A stretch of DNA of 64,000 bases. Source: an uncultured Acidimicrobiia bacterium. Its GTDB lineage: Bacteria > Actinomycetota > Acidimicrobiia > Acidimicrobiales > AC-14. A model generated the notes under the pieces. That model was given only the letters and a program-made list of their open reading frames with translations. It was not told the DNA's origin and did no database searches. Both the position numbers and the translations under genes were made by a program. Below are positions 29,250 to 40,100 of the stretch, piece by piece. Location: assembly GCA_963836205.1 (NCBI GenBank), contig CAWIIV010000012.1, forward strand, positions 1-64,000, in the 5' to 3' direction. Positions within the stretch are counted from its first letter, which is position 1. Every line of letters starts with the position of its first letter.

Positions 29250-29483
29250 ATGTCTGAGGCTGAGCCCCGCCGACCGGACGAGTGGATCACCACCCCCATC
29301 GCGGCGCGAATGCTCGGCGTCCAGGTCCGCACCATCGAGCACCTGATCGACCGAGGTGACCTACCCGCGGAGACCCACCGGATCAGGCACAGGAGGAAGA
29401 TCCGGCTCCGGCGCTCCGACGTCGAGGCCTATATCGAGCGGGCACGGGTGAAGCCCGGCCAGCTTCGCCACCTCTACCCCTGA
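29250..29483 (+). CDS. Excisionase-like HTH (HTH_17) protein
   Basis: AARMLGVQVRTIEHLIDRGDLPA..RLRRSDVEAYIE; paralogue of 21430-21711. Confidence 0.8.
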   Translation: MSEAEPRRPDEWITTPIAARMLGVQVRTIEHLIDRGDLPAETHRIRHRRKIRLRRSDVEAYIERARVKPGQLRHLYP

Positions 29484-29719
29484 GGCGGGTGTCACCGGCC
29501 ACCCCAGCGTGGCCTGACGCCCGGAGCGGGGAGGCGCAGGGAGGAGAGGACTCACACAGGGCCCGACGCCGCTTGTCGTACCAGGGACGACTTCTCGCTG
29601 ACAAGGAAAAGGGTTCGAGAGTCGATCGCCTCCCCTATAGTTGGAAAGCGGCGGAGGAGGCGGACGATGGTCGGCGACGGCGAGCGGGGATCCAGCAGTT
29701 CGGTGGGGAGTGAGTCGAG

Positions 29720-32318
29720 GTGACCTCGTACGGATCACTTCCGTCGGATCCGATGTCGGTCGACGCCGACTCGCCCGTCACCCGCTGGATTCGCTGGAGG
29801 GCGAGGTCGGCCGGGAAGGCGCTGGCTGGCATTCAGATCGGTGATCAGACTCCGAGCGCGTTTGTACCCGAACAAGTCCTGGTCGACCCTTCGGACTCGG
29901 AGCTGATCAACGACCTGATCGAGCGGTTCGGCGCCCAGGTGCTACCCACCCCGGCCAACCCCCCTCGCCCCCCGGAGCTCGGATTCTGACGAGGATCGAC
30001 ACAGGACGATGCCGATGCCGGTCAGGTTGCAGCTGCCACAGCCACCACCGGTGTCGACGCGGTTGGCGAGGATCTTCGCCGATCGGCTCGACTCGCCGGT
30101 GTCGGCGTCCTCCGAGGCTGCGGCGCGGTTGGTCGGCCTTGTCGCAGAGTTCGCGGCCGACGATCGGCCGATAGGGCTCAACGCGGTGGGCAGCGGCGCT
30201 GCGCTACCGCTGCTGACGGCCGCCGACGACTACCCGGCCGACCCGTTCCAGGAGGCCACCTATGGCAGCCCGGCGAGAGTCTGTGCCGCCTGGCAGCTCG
30301 TCGAGGCGTTCCGTGTGTTCAAGCCGATCAAGACCCCGGTGACGATCGCCGTCCTCGACGGCGGTTTCTGGCTCGACGGCCGTGCCCCTGGCTTTCCTCC
30401 GGCGCAGGGCGGCTCCGACTTCGGCCCGACCGTTGCCCAACTCAACCTTCGCGACGAGGATGTAGGCGCCAGCGGGACCAATCCCAACACGTGCGGCGAC
30501 TACAGCTGTCCTTGGCACGGCAACGCCGTGGCGAGCGTGGCCACGGCGCCGGTGGGCAACCGCCGGGGCGCGGCTGGTGTCGGCGGGACGGTTGCACGCC
30601 CAGTGCTGCTGAGGAGTGCGCTCTCGGTCTACGAGATCCTTCGAGGCGTGAACCTGTGCACGGGCTGGGGCATCGACGTCCTGAACATGAGCTTCCAGAT
30701 CAAGATGCCGGAGTTCATTTTCCCGACGACAGCGTGGGACAGTACCTTCGAGTACGCCTCCACCAACGGCCTCATCATGGTTGCAGCGGCGGGCAATGAC
30801 GGCGATTGGCTGCCCGAGGACGACAATCCGAGGCCTGCGACCCGGACCCCGGGTACGATCACCGTAGGCGCCCTCGACGGCGACCAGGCCAGGTCGGACT
30901 CGTCCTTCGGGCCTTCGATCGACATCTGGGCTCCCGGTACGGCAATAGCGGTCATGCCCGACCCGGACAACCCAGGGGGTTCCCTTAAGAGCGGCACGTC
31001 GATCGCGGCTCCCTTTGTTAGTGGGGTTCTGGCCATGATGCGAGCGGTGAACCCCTCGCTTGAGCCGGCGAGAGCGAAGGAGCTGCTCGTAAGCTCGGGA
31101 TGGAGGCCGGCGGGCCCGGGAAAGGTGACCGTTGGCGTCGATGCCTACGCCGCGGTGCTGTCGGCCATGGGGGGCAGGCTGCCCTCGGACCAGACCGTGC
31201 CCCACGACACGGCCCAAACCGCGGGCAAGCTGCGGACCATCTCCGGTGGCCGACTGGTTCCGTATGCCTTCGGGAGGTCGTTCTGCACGCTGACCCACAC
31301 GGCCGATGGGGATTGGTACAAATTCGCCATCAAGGAGTTCGCTCGTCTCGACGTACAGGCGCATTGGTACCCGCTCCTTGGCACGGTGAGTGTCTCGCTG
31401 GAGCCGGACGACCCTTCGAGCCGGGCCCTGGGGGAGATCGTCGAGGCCAGCTCGCCCGGCGCCAGCAGAACCACTGGCCTGTTGGCGCCGGGTTCGTACA
31501 AGCTGCGCGTCTGGGGATCGATCAACCTCTACGAGCTCACAGTTGACCTCGCGCCGGCCGCGCTGCCCCCGGACGATTTGGAGGTGAACGACTCCTTCGA
31601 TACCGCCACGCGGATTCGAATTGGTGACCCTCCGGGGACGCTACGCATCAGGGGGCGGGGGCCGGGTACCTACGACCTATCCCTTCATACCATCGCTGAC
31701 CGCGACTTCTTCAGGATCGAGGTCGTCAAGGACCCCAATCCCCTCAGCGTGCCCATCGTGCGCGTTGCCGGCAGCGATGCTCCGCTCGATGTGCAGGTTT
31801 TCGACAGCAATCGTAATCGTCTCGACGCCCTCCTCGGTGTGCGAGCGGGGCAGATCCTGCTTCGCGCCGCTGAGTCGAACGTCTTCTTCGTGCAGATCTC
31901 GGGCCGCTCCCAGACCCGTTACGCACTGACAATCCAGTTCGAGGTGGATCAGGCGCACCTGCCTGGGCCAGTGCAAGGTCACGACCTCATACCCGTCCCT
32001 GACCCCGGTGACCCGCCGTTCCGAGTAGATAAGGCGATGAGGCACATCCTCGTCGTCGTCGACGAGGCCCGACGGGCGGCCGGCAATCTGAAGCTGGCTT
32101 CGGTCGAAGGTCGCGCCATCCGAGCCGAGCTCCTCGACACTGCGGGCGACGTCGTTATGAGCCGGGCGTCCGAGAACGGCGGTGACCACGAATCCGTCGA
32201 GTTCGATATCCGCACGCTCGAGGCGGGTACCTACGTCCTCCGGCTCGGGCCCGACAACAAGCAGGATCCCGATTTCGCAAGGAGCCTCAACGTCGAGGTC
32301 CTTCCGACATTCGGCTGA
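29720..32318 (+). CDS. S8 subtilisin-like serine protease with C-terminal PPC-like domains; frameshift near 29980
   Basis: VLDGG, WHGNAVA, AAAGN, SGTSIAAPFVSG triad in 30009-32318; prodomain-like ORF 29720-29989 in another frame. Confidence 0.85.
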
Positions 32319-32764
32319 GCGACCATACGAGGGCGGCCAGCTTCGACGGCGACGGTCTAGTCGACCTGGCGCCCGCCGACGAGTCGGGGACGATTCACGT
32401 GCTCCCAACAACGGCCGAAGGGACTCACCGCTGGCACCGATGCTGCGCTGTGCCAACGCAACCCGGGCCGTCGGGGGGCGGCGGCTGACCGCGGCGTTGA
32501 CGTCGACAACGACGTCGTGGTAACCGGTCGCAAGTCCTCGCCGACCCCACAATCAATCGCTCCCGGCACGGCGCGGTGGCCGTGCACTTGAGCGACGGCA
32601 AGGGGTTTGCAGGCGCAGGCCATGGTCTCGACGGCGAGGAGCAGCCCCGCGTCTTTGTCTCGGGCGTTGTTCTGGGGCACCCCGGAGGGCCCGGAAGGGC
32701 GCCCGCACGGCAGTTCGCGACTGGCGTCACCCCAGCGGGGCCTATGAATCGAGCAGTGCCGCCG

Positions 32765-33733
32765 TCATTCAAGCTCGCGACGTAGTAGCGGCGACACGTT
32801 GCGAATCGTTACCCGTCCGCCGAAGTAGGCGTTGACGGTGATCAAACCCCGGCTTTCGAACGGCATCATCAGGGCCTCGGCCACGATCTGCGGGACGTCT
32901 TCAGCTTTCGCCAGGTCAGCTAGCTCGAACGACGTCGCCGGATCGTTCACGAGGTGGGCAACAAGTCTCTCCTGCACATCTCCAAGCTCGGGCTGCGCGG
33001 TAGCGAGGTACCTCAACAGTCCGCTCCACGACGGCTTGACGTAGAAGTACCGTCCGCCGTGCACCTCACGTGCCTCGTCGACCAGGCCCTCCGCATCGAG
33101 CGCGTGCACCGACTCACGGACAGCGACATCATCGAGTCCGGATGGCGCGCAGCGGACTGTGAGTTCCTCTCCCGGCACAAGGCGATGCCCCTGTGCGATT
33201 GACGCTTCAGCCAGCGCCACGAGAACAATTGAGTCCGACGCGGTGAGGCCAGGCACCGGATCGCGACGCGCGTAGGCGGGCGGGTCCCCTAAGGGCGGCC
33301 GACTGCTGATGCCGAAGATCGCGGCGAGGATGCGCCGGTACTCCTCCTCGTACGAGTCCACGTCAGCGAGGGGCTGCCAGACCGTCGCCTTGAGGGCGAC
33401 TGGGACCTGGACTCCATCCAGCACCACCGGAATCAGCTTGCAAGCGCCCTCAATTCGCTGGACGACTCCGGCATTCAGCTCCTCGCGCACCCATGGCTTG
33501 TCAATCGAATTCCCGGACAGCACGACGAGGAATACGTCTGCACCACCGATGCCCTCTTCGAAGATGCGACTCACGAGGCTGTCGCCGGGCGCCATCTCCC
33601 ACTTGTCCAGCCACGCATCCACACCGTCGCCTCGGAGACGTTGAGCGAAGGCGAGCACGAAGCGATCCTTGTCCTCGCTCGCGTGGCTGACGAAGACCTT
33701 CGGAGCCGAATGCGCGGTGTCCGATTCGGCCAT
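32765..33733 (-). CDS. TIR-domain protein
   Basis: KVFVSHASEDK, WLDKWEMAPGDSL, VLS.NSIDKPWVREEL with catalytic-type Glu. Confidence 0.9.
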   Translation of the reverse strand: MAESDTAHSAPKVFVSHASEDKDRFVLAFAQRLRGDGVDAWLDKWEMAPGDSLVSRIFEEGIGGADVFLVVLSGNSIDKPWVREELNAGVVQRIEGACKLIPVVLDGVQVPVALKATVWQPLADVDSYEEEYRRILAAIFGISSRPPLGDPPAYARRDPVPGLTASDSIVLVALAEASIAQGHRLVPGEELTVRCAPSGLDDVAVRESVHALDAEGLVDEAREVHGGRYFYVKPSWSGLLRYLATAQPELGDVQERLVAHLVNDPATSFELADLAKAEDVPQIVAEALMMPFESRGLITVNAYFGGRVTIRNVSPLLRRELE

Positions 33734-33969
33734 GCCCCTATCGTGGCATGCACTCGAGGACCAACTACGGAGACGTCCAAGGTCGAGCGGAACATCATCC
33801 GCCCATCAGCTCTCTCGAGCCCATGTCGCTCATGCACTGGCTGCCGCCGCACCCCGGAACTACGGAAGCCAGTGGCGAGCGGACGCCGCCCCTAGCGGTC
33901 ATACTCGTCACTGCGGCGGAAGTCCCTTCGCGGCTGCGTGAGGCAGTGTTTCGGGGGTTAGGGGTCTGA

Positions 33970-35568
33970 GTGCGTTCTCGCGGTCGTGTTGCGAGCTGTG
34001 GGGCAGCGGTGCTCCTGGTCCTGTCCGTCCTAACCTTCGAGGCTCCCTCCGCTGCCGCCACAGCGAGGCGCGCCGTGCTCCGTTTTGGGTTCGTCGACGG
34101 GGCCAAGACCGGGAACGAGTCGCCGTCCACTCACAGCGCGAGCTACATCGACGACGGCATTCAGTGGGACATCTATGGCTCGGCCGGTAGTGGGGTTCGG
34201 CCCGCCTTCTACTCGTCCGACGGCGCCGTCTCCCTATCGGTCTCCGACGGAGGAGATGTTCGATCCGGCGCCGTCGGGAACGGAGCGGGTCGAATCGCTA
34301 ATGTCGCCGTGCGTGTCGACGGCGTTCAGGTCGGCGTAGTCCGCTTCATGCACCTCGTTTCAGTTGCGGTCGGGCCAGGCTCACCCGATTCCTCCCTCGG
34401 CCCCCTTCCACCCAGCACGCGGTACGACGGCTGTTACGGGTGGCCCTGCTCGGCTAGTTGGGCGGTGCCGTCGCCGGCCGGGATCCACACTCATCTCGAC
34501 ATTGACCACGGCTGCTACCGGAACGTCGGCGTGAACACCGCGCTGGCCGTGGGTGAGCCGATCGCGATGCTGTCTTCAGCGTTCCCGAAGGAGAACCAAA
34601 GCGCTTGTGACCTTGCCGAGATGCAGGCTGTGAACACGGTCGCCGGCGGAAAGCTCGTCATCGCCGGGCTCAACACAAGTCTGCCCGCCGGCTCGAACAA
34701 CGTGTTCGTCCGCAAGCAGCTCGACACCAACGGGAACTGGCAGTCGAGCTGGACTTCCCTGAGTGGCTCCTTCACCGACCTCGACGTGGCGTCGTCTGCT
34801 GGGAAGGCGTCAATCGTGGCCATCAAGAGCGGCGCCGCTCCTGGCACCAACAACGTCTACGTCCGCGCCGAGCTCGACACCAACGGGAACTGGCAGGGTG
34901 GCTGGACCGCCCTGTCGGGCTACATGACGAAGGTGGCCACCGCCGTCGACAGCAGCGGAAAGCTCGTCATCGCCGGGCTCAACACAAGTCTGCCCGCCGG
35001 CTCGAACAACGTGTTCGTCCGCAAGCAGCTCGACACCAACGGGAATTGGCAGTCGAGCTGGACTTCCCTGAGTGGCTCCTTCACCGACCTCGACGTGGCG
35101 TCGTCTGCTGGGAAGGCGTCAATCGTGGCCATCAAGAGCGGCGCCGCTCCTGGCACCAACAACGTCTACGTCCGCGCCGAGCTCGACACCAACGGGAACT
35201 GGCAGGGTGGCTGGACCGCCCTGTCGGGCTACATGACGAAGGTGGCCACCGCCGTCGACAGCAGCGGAAAGCTCGTCATCGCCGGGCTCAACACAAGTCT
35301 GCCCGCCGGCTCGAACAACGTGTTCGTCCGCAAGCAGCTCGACACCAACGGGAACTGGCAGTCGAGCTGGACTTCCCTGAGTGGCTCCTTCACCGACCTC
35401 GACGTGGCGTCGTCTGCTGGGAAGGCGTCGATCGTGGCCATCAAGAGCGGCGCCGCTCCTGGCACCAACAACGTCTACGTTCGCGCCGAGCTCGACACCA
35501 ACGGGAACTGGCAGGGTGGCTGGACCGCCCTGTCGGGCTACATGACCAAGGTGGCCACCGCCAACTGA
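33970..35568 (+). CDS. Secreted protein: M23-like N-domain plus repeat-built beta-propeller
   Basis: Signal peptide; H..D, MHL, GIHTHLD; three 103-aa repeats each with two Trp-rich blades. Confidence 0.75.
   Translation: MRSRGRVASCGAAVLLVLSVLTFEAPSAAATARRAVLRFGFVDGAKTGNESPSTHSASYIDDGIQWDIYGSAGSGVRPAFYSSDGAVSLSVSDGGDVRSGAVGNGAGRIANVAVRVDGVQVGVVRFMHLVSVAVGPGSPDSSLGPLPPSTRYDGCYGWPCSASWAVPSPAGIHTHLDIDHGCYRNVGVNTALAVGEPIAMLSSAFPKENQSACDLAEMQAVNTVAGGKLVIAGLNTSLPAGSNNVFVRKQLDTNGNWQSSWTSLSGSFTDLDVASSAGKASIVAIKSGAAPGTNNVYVRAELDTNGNWQGGWTALSGYMTKVATAVDSSGKLVIAGLNTSLPAGSNNVFVRKQLDTNGNWQSSWTSLSGSFTDLDVASSAGKASIVAIKSGAAPGTNNVYVRAELDTNGNWQGGWTALSGYMTKVATAVDSSGKLVIAGLNTSLPAGSNNVFVRKQLDTNGNWQSSWTSLSGSFTDLDVASSAGKASIVAIKSGAAPGTNNVYVRAELDTNGNWQGGWTALSGYMTKVATAN
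34648..35562 (+). repeat. 3 x 309-bp near-identical intragenic tandem repeat
   Basis: Units start at 34648, 34957 and 35266; only a few synonymous differences. Confidence 0.95.
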
Positions 35569-35725
35569 CGGCGACCCTGTCCGTGGCCCCGGCTCGTGGA
35601 GCAGTAGTGTCCGGCCGACCGGGCCGCTGGCGGAGGTGCCTGATGGGCCAATTCGTACGCTCACCCAGTTCCGAATCCGATGAGCGCAGGACATCTGATC
35701 CGGGACCCGCAGTCGCGTCCGACGA

Positions 35726-36579
35726 GTGACGAGCAGACATGGGCCATCCGAAGCCCGACACGCGCCACGTTGGCTCTTGACGGCGGCAATAGTCGTCCTT
35801 GCCACGAGCTGCGGTCAGGGCGGGGATGTTGACGCGGGACCAGGGGGGATCGATGGCAGCCGGGAGGCTTCATCCCTACCTGGGAACGGTCAGCCCTCGG
35901 CCACCTGCGAGGTCTTGCCCAGCGGGCCGGCGACCGACGGGTCTGAGATCCTCGGCGACGCAGCGCCGGAAGGCTACGAGGTCATCGGCCAGCAGGCTCA
36001 GACGGTGCCGCCGGGCGACTCGGCCACGTTCCCCGTCCGTTTCGAAGGAGAGCCCGCCGCCGTCCTGTGGGTCCTCCCCGGCGGCGAGGGCATCACGCCG
36101 AGCTACGAGAGCGCAGAGTTCAGCGACGACGAGCTGTTCGGGGCCACGGCCGCCGTCGCCGCCGTCCCGCCCCAACGGACGGTCAGGTGGTCGTGCGCAA
36201 TGGGACCGGGAGCGCCGAGGACATCTCCGTGATCGTCTTCGGCCGAACCGGCCGGCGGCTGTCGATCGAGAGCGAACGTAGCGAAGCCGCAGCTCATGAG
36301 TCAGTTGCGGTCATGGTTCGACTTGGCGAAGCGACCGCCACGGACGCGCCGTGTGCTGCGGTCACAAGAGGCGGCGCGATCTTCGCCACCCTCGCCCTCC
36401 AGCCCGACGGCGTCGGCATCTGGCGGTCGACCTTCCGCCCAGACGCCGTCGGCGACTACGCGTTGGTGGCCTGGGTCGGAGGCGAGCGCCCTCGTCGGTC
36501 GGCGTCGGCCCTCGTGTCGGTCGGGACAGGCTCGCCCCGGGACGAGCCCACGACCGCGCCACCAGCCAAGGGGGACTGA
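35726..36579 (+). pseudogene. Lipoprotein, frameshifted near 36170
   Basis: LATSC lipobox; continues in ORF 36067-36579; resembles the middle of 37184-40582. Confidence 0.6.
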
Positions 36580-36580
36580 C

Positions 36581-37114
36581 GTGACCGTCCCCCGCTCGAC
36601 GGGCGCGGCATTTGGCGGCGCAACCGCGGTCGTCGTGGCAGGGGTCCTGGGTGCTTGCCTGGGTTGGTGGGCGGTCAGGTTCGTTCCCCCGACGACATCC
36701 GAGGTGCGTGCCGCGGCCCAATCCCTCGTGCCTCCCGGCTTCACCATCAAGTCCAGCAGCGCCGGGTACCTCTCTGGCCCCCCGACAAGAGGGCCGTATG
36801 GAGTCGGGATCGAGATGGAGAGTGCGGGCACCGTTGACGAGCGTGTGCAGGCAGTCCGTGCCCAGGCCCGGGCCAAGGCCTGGAAGACGGTCTCGACCGA
36901 GAACTTTCCCAACGCCGTCACCCTCAGTTTCGAGCGCAAGGGGATCGACGCGCAGGTCGATGTGCGACTCAGCAGCACCAGCTCGTTCGTCGGGACCAGC
37001 CGCCAGTCCGAGCCTGACTGGCGACTGAAGCTGCTGTGCGCCTCTGGCGCCGCCGCCTTGACCATGGGCCTATGGCTCCTCGTGAGGCGCGTATTTCTCG
37101 CTCACCGCACCTAA
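36581..37114 (+). CDS. Two-TM hypothetical protein
   Basis: GTG after GGGGGA RBS; N- and C-terminal hydrophobic helices. Confidence 0.55.
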   Translation: MTVPRSTGAAFGGATAVVVAGVLGACLGWWAVRFVPPTTSEVRAAAQSLVPPGFTIKSSSAGYLSGPPTRGPYGVGIEMESAGTVDERVQAVRAQARAKAWKTVSTENFPNAVTLSFERKGIDAQVDVRLSSTSSFVGTSRQSEPDWRLKLLCASGAAALTMGLWLLVRRVFLAHRT

Positions 37115-37183
37115 GCCTTCACCCACAGCGTCCGGGAAGGCCTTGTCAGGCCCCTGATGCACCCGTACTCTCGGCCGTAGCGG

Positions 37184-40100
37184 TTGCCGGTGCGGCGACC
37201 ACGGCGAAACGGAGTCCAGGTGGCGGAGCGGCGACGCGTCTCGACGGGGCGGCACGGGCAACGACGGCTGGCGACGAGGGCGCTCGCCATCCTCATGGGA
37301 GTCCTGGCTGCGCAGGCCACACCTGCCCTCTCGTCTGCTGCATTGGCGCAGGTATCAGCCGGGGAGCGGCCGCCGGTTCGGTCGGTCCAGGCTGGGGCGT
37401 CAGGGCTCGCCGCAGCGGCGGCTGGCCCGGGCGAGACGGATGTCTACCTCGATCAAGGAGGCAACGCCGTCTATCGGGTCGACGACGGCTACAACCTCGA
37501 CCAATACCTCGGCCGGAGCGAGAGCCCGATCAACTTCTCCATCGACCTCAACCGCGACCTTGGACCCGTGGACAGCACCGGCCACCCGGTCGCCGGAAAC
37601 GCCCTCTTCGGCAAGACCGCCCGTATCAGCCTGCGCGCCTTCGATGTCGACGACAAGACCGTGGTGTCAGGGGTTGCCTCCGAACGTGACCTCACCACCG
37701 TGAACGGGGAGATTCTCGAGAGCCCGCTGGCTGGTGCTGACAACCAGTGGAACATCAACACCCTGCGCTTTTCAGCCAACGAACTGCGGCTGCCGACCCC
37801 GTCGAACCCGACGGGGCGCAACGACTTCGAGGTGCTGGTCGATACCGCGAACTCGGGAGCCGACGTCTGGAAGGTGGAGGTCGACTGGGCCGAGCTTCGT
37901 CTGTCGACCGAGGTCGTGCCGATCGCGATGGTCCACGGGTACAACGGTGCCGCAGCCGACTTCACCGCGGGGAGCCGCCTCCTACCCTTCTACGAACGCT
38001 TCGTCCCCGGGCTCGACGGGCGGGCGATCGCCACGGCCGGGTCCAGGCGGGGCAGCATCCAACAGAACACCCAGGTGCTCGACGACGCGATCTCCGACCT
38101 TCTGCGCAGCTCGGGAGCCGACCGCGTCAACCTGCTGGCCCATTCCAAGGGTGGCCTGGAATCTCGGCTCTTCATATTCGACCACCCCGACAAGGTCGAC
38201 AAGCTGGTCATGCTGGGGACCCCCAACGGGGGCACCAAGCTGGCGGACATCGCCTGTGCCTTCGGCGCGCAGATCTTCGGCATCCCGACCAACCCCGTCG
38301 GCGTCATCGTCAAGAGTCAGTTCGGGAACTGCAACGGTCCCCAGGACGGGCTCTACCAACTGCAGCCCTCCTACGTCCTGAAGACGTTCAACAAGAACAC
38401 ACCTGACCAGCGTCAGGTCTTTTACGGCACGATCGCCGGAACCAAGAACGGCCCGGCGAGCGCCCTGCTCGACTCCCCCGACAACGACAGCTTCGTGACC
38501 GTCGGCAGCGTCGAGTACCTCAGCCGCGACGACCCCGCCCACCGCGGCCTCCACAACCCGTTGGACCTGTTCTTTGTGAACCACAGCGGTCTCATCGTCG
38601 ACAGCAACCCACCTGGCACGCGGGCCATGTGTGTGCACTACGAATCGACGTGCGGCGTTGCCGGAGTGTCGGCAAACGTCGCGGCATCCGGACCGGCCCC
38701 GGTGACGGCCGCCGCGAGCGTCTCGTTCGAGACCGCCGCGGCCAAGGCGGCTACGGTGCCGGCGGCCGGCGGTTCCGTCGACGTGGCGCTCAGCTTCGAG
38801 TCGGCCAGTCGGGCGCTGATCACAATCGTCGGAAGCGGTGCTGGCGGCGGGCTCGGGGGCTCCTTCGGATCGACGCCGCTGGAGGTGACGGAAGTCCTCG
38901 GGATACCCGTCCTTGCCGCCACTCTGACCGCGCCCGCGAACGGTTCGCTCCGCCTCACCAACACGACCGGGAGCCCTATCGACGCCGCGGTGATCGTCGC
39001 ACCGGAAACCCAGCGGCGAATGGCCGTGGCCGCCACGCCCAGCTTGGTCCCATCCGGCCAGCCAGTCACGATCGCCGCCAGCGTCAGCGATGCGGTCCCG
39101 ACCGACGCGCCTCGGGTGCAGGTACGGGACGAGTCCGGGGCAGTGGTGGCCGACGCCACGGGGACGAACGGGACGATCAACCTCACGTTCACGCCTCCCC
39201 ACGGCGGCGCCTACCTGGTGGTGGCGGAGGTTGACGGTCCCCGTCCACGTCGGGCAACGGACACCTTCGCCGTCGCCGCCGGTGGGGCCAGCATCGCCGG
39301 CGGCTTCACCGAGGCGACACCGGACGACAACGGCAATGGCCTCGCCGACGCACTGGTCATACGGACGACCGCCAACGCGACGACACCGGGGCCGTACCGC
39401 GTTGCCGCTCGTCTGGTCGACGCCAACGGGATGCCGGTGACCGCAACCGGGGTGCGAGTGAACCTCGTAGCGGGGGCGCAATCGGTGGAGCTGCGCTTCG
39501 ACGGCAAGGCGATCTACGACTCCGGGCTGTCCGGTCCCTACCGGGTCGTCGATGTCGCCCTCAGCCGCGACGACGCCAGCCTCACCCAGGAGCAGCAGGT
39601 CGCCCTCCTGGGCACGACGACTGCCTACGACTATCGGCAGTTCGAGCACTTCCAGGTCGAGATCGACCGCGATGGCTTCTCCGACCGTGGCATCGACACC
39701 AGCGGCGACGGCCAGTTCGACGTCCTGGAAGTGACGGGCCACGTCCGAGTGGACGGAGGCGGAGCGCATGCTGTCAACGCCAGGCTGGTGGCATCCAACG
39801 GCACCGAGGTCGGACGGTTCCAGGCAGAAGCGTCGTTCGTCGCCGGGTCGAACACCGTCACCCTGACGTTCCCGTTCCAGGCGATCCGGGCGGTCGGTCT
39901 CGACGGGCCGTACACCGTGGAGGATCTCTCGATCTACCCCTTGGCCGACGCTGACAGGCTCGGCTACCTCCTGACCGCCCACGTCACCCAGCCTTACCGG
40001 CTGGCACCGCCGGCGTCGTCGTGCCGGGCAGCGGTGATCCGGGTCGGCGGTGCCAGCATCTTGAACATCGGAGGCTCCACCGCGCTGGAGCTGGTCCCGG

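Noticed and set aside
34648-35562. Long repeats as a CRISPR array or DGR template/variable pair
   Set aside because: Units are in-frame 309-bp coding repeats with no spacers; differences are synonymous and not adenine-specific; no cas or reverse transcriptase gene is present.
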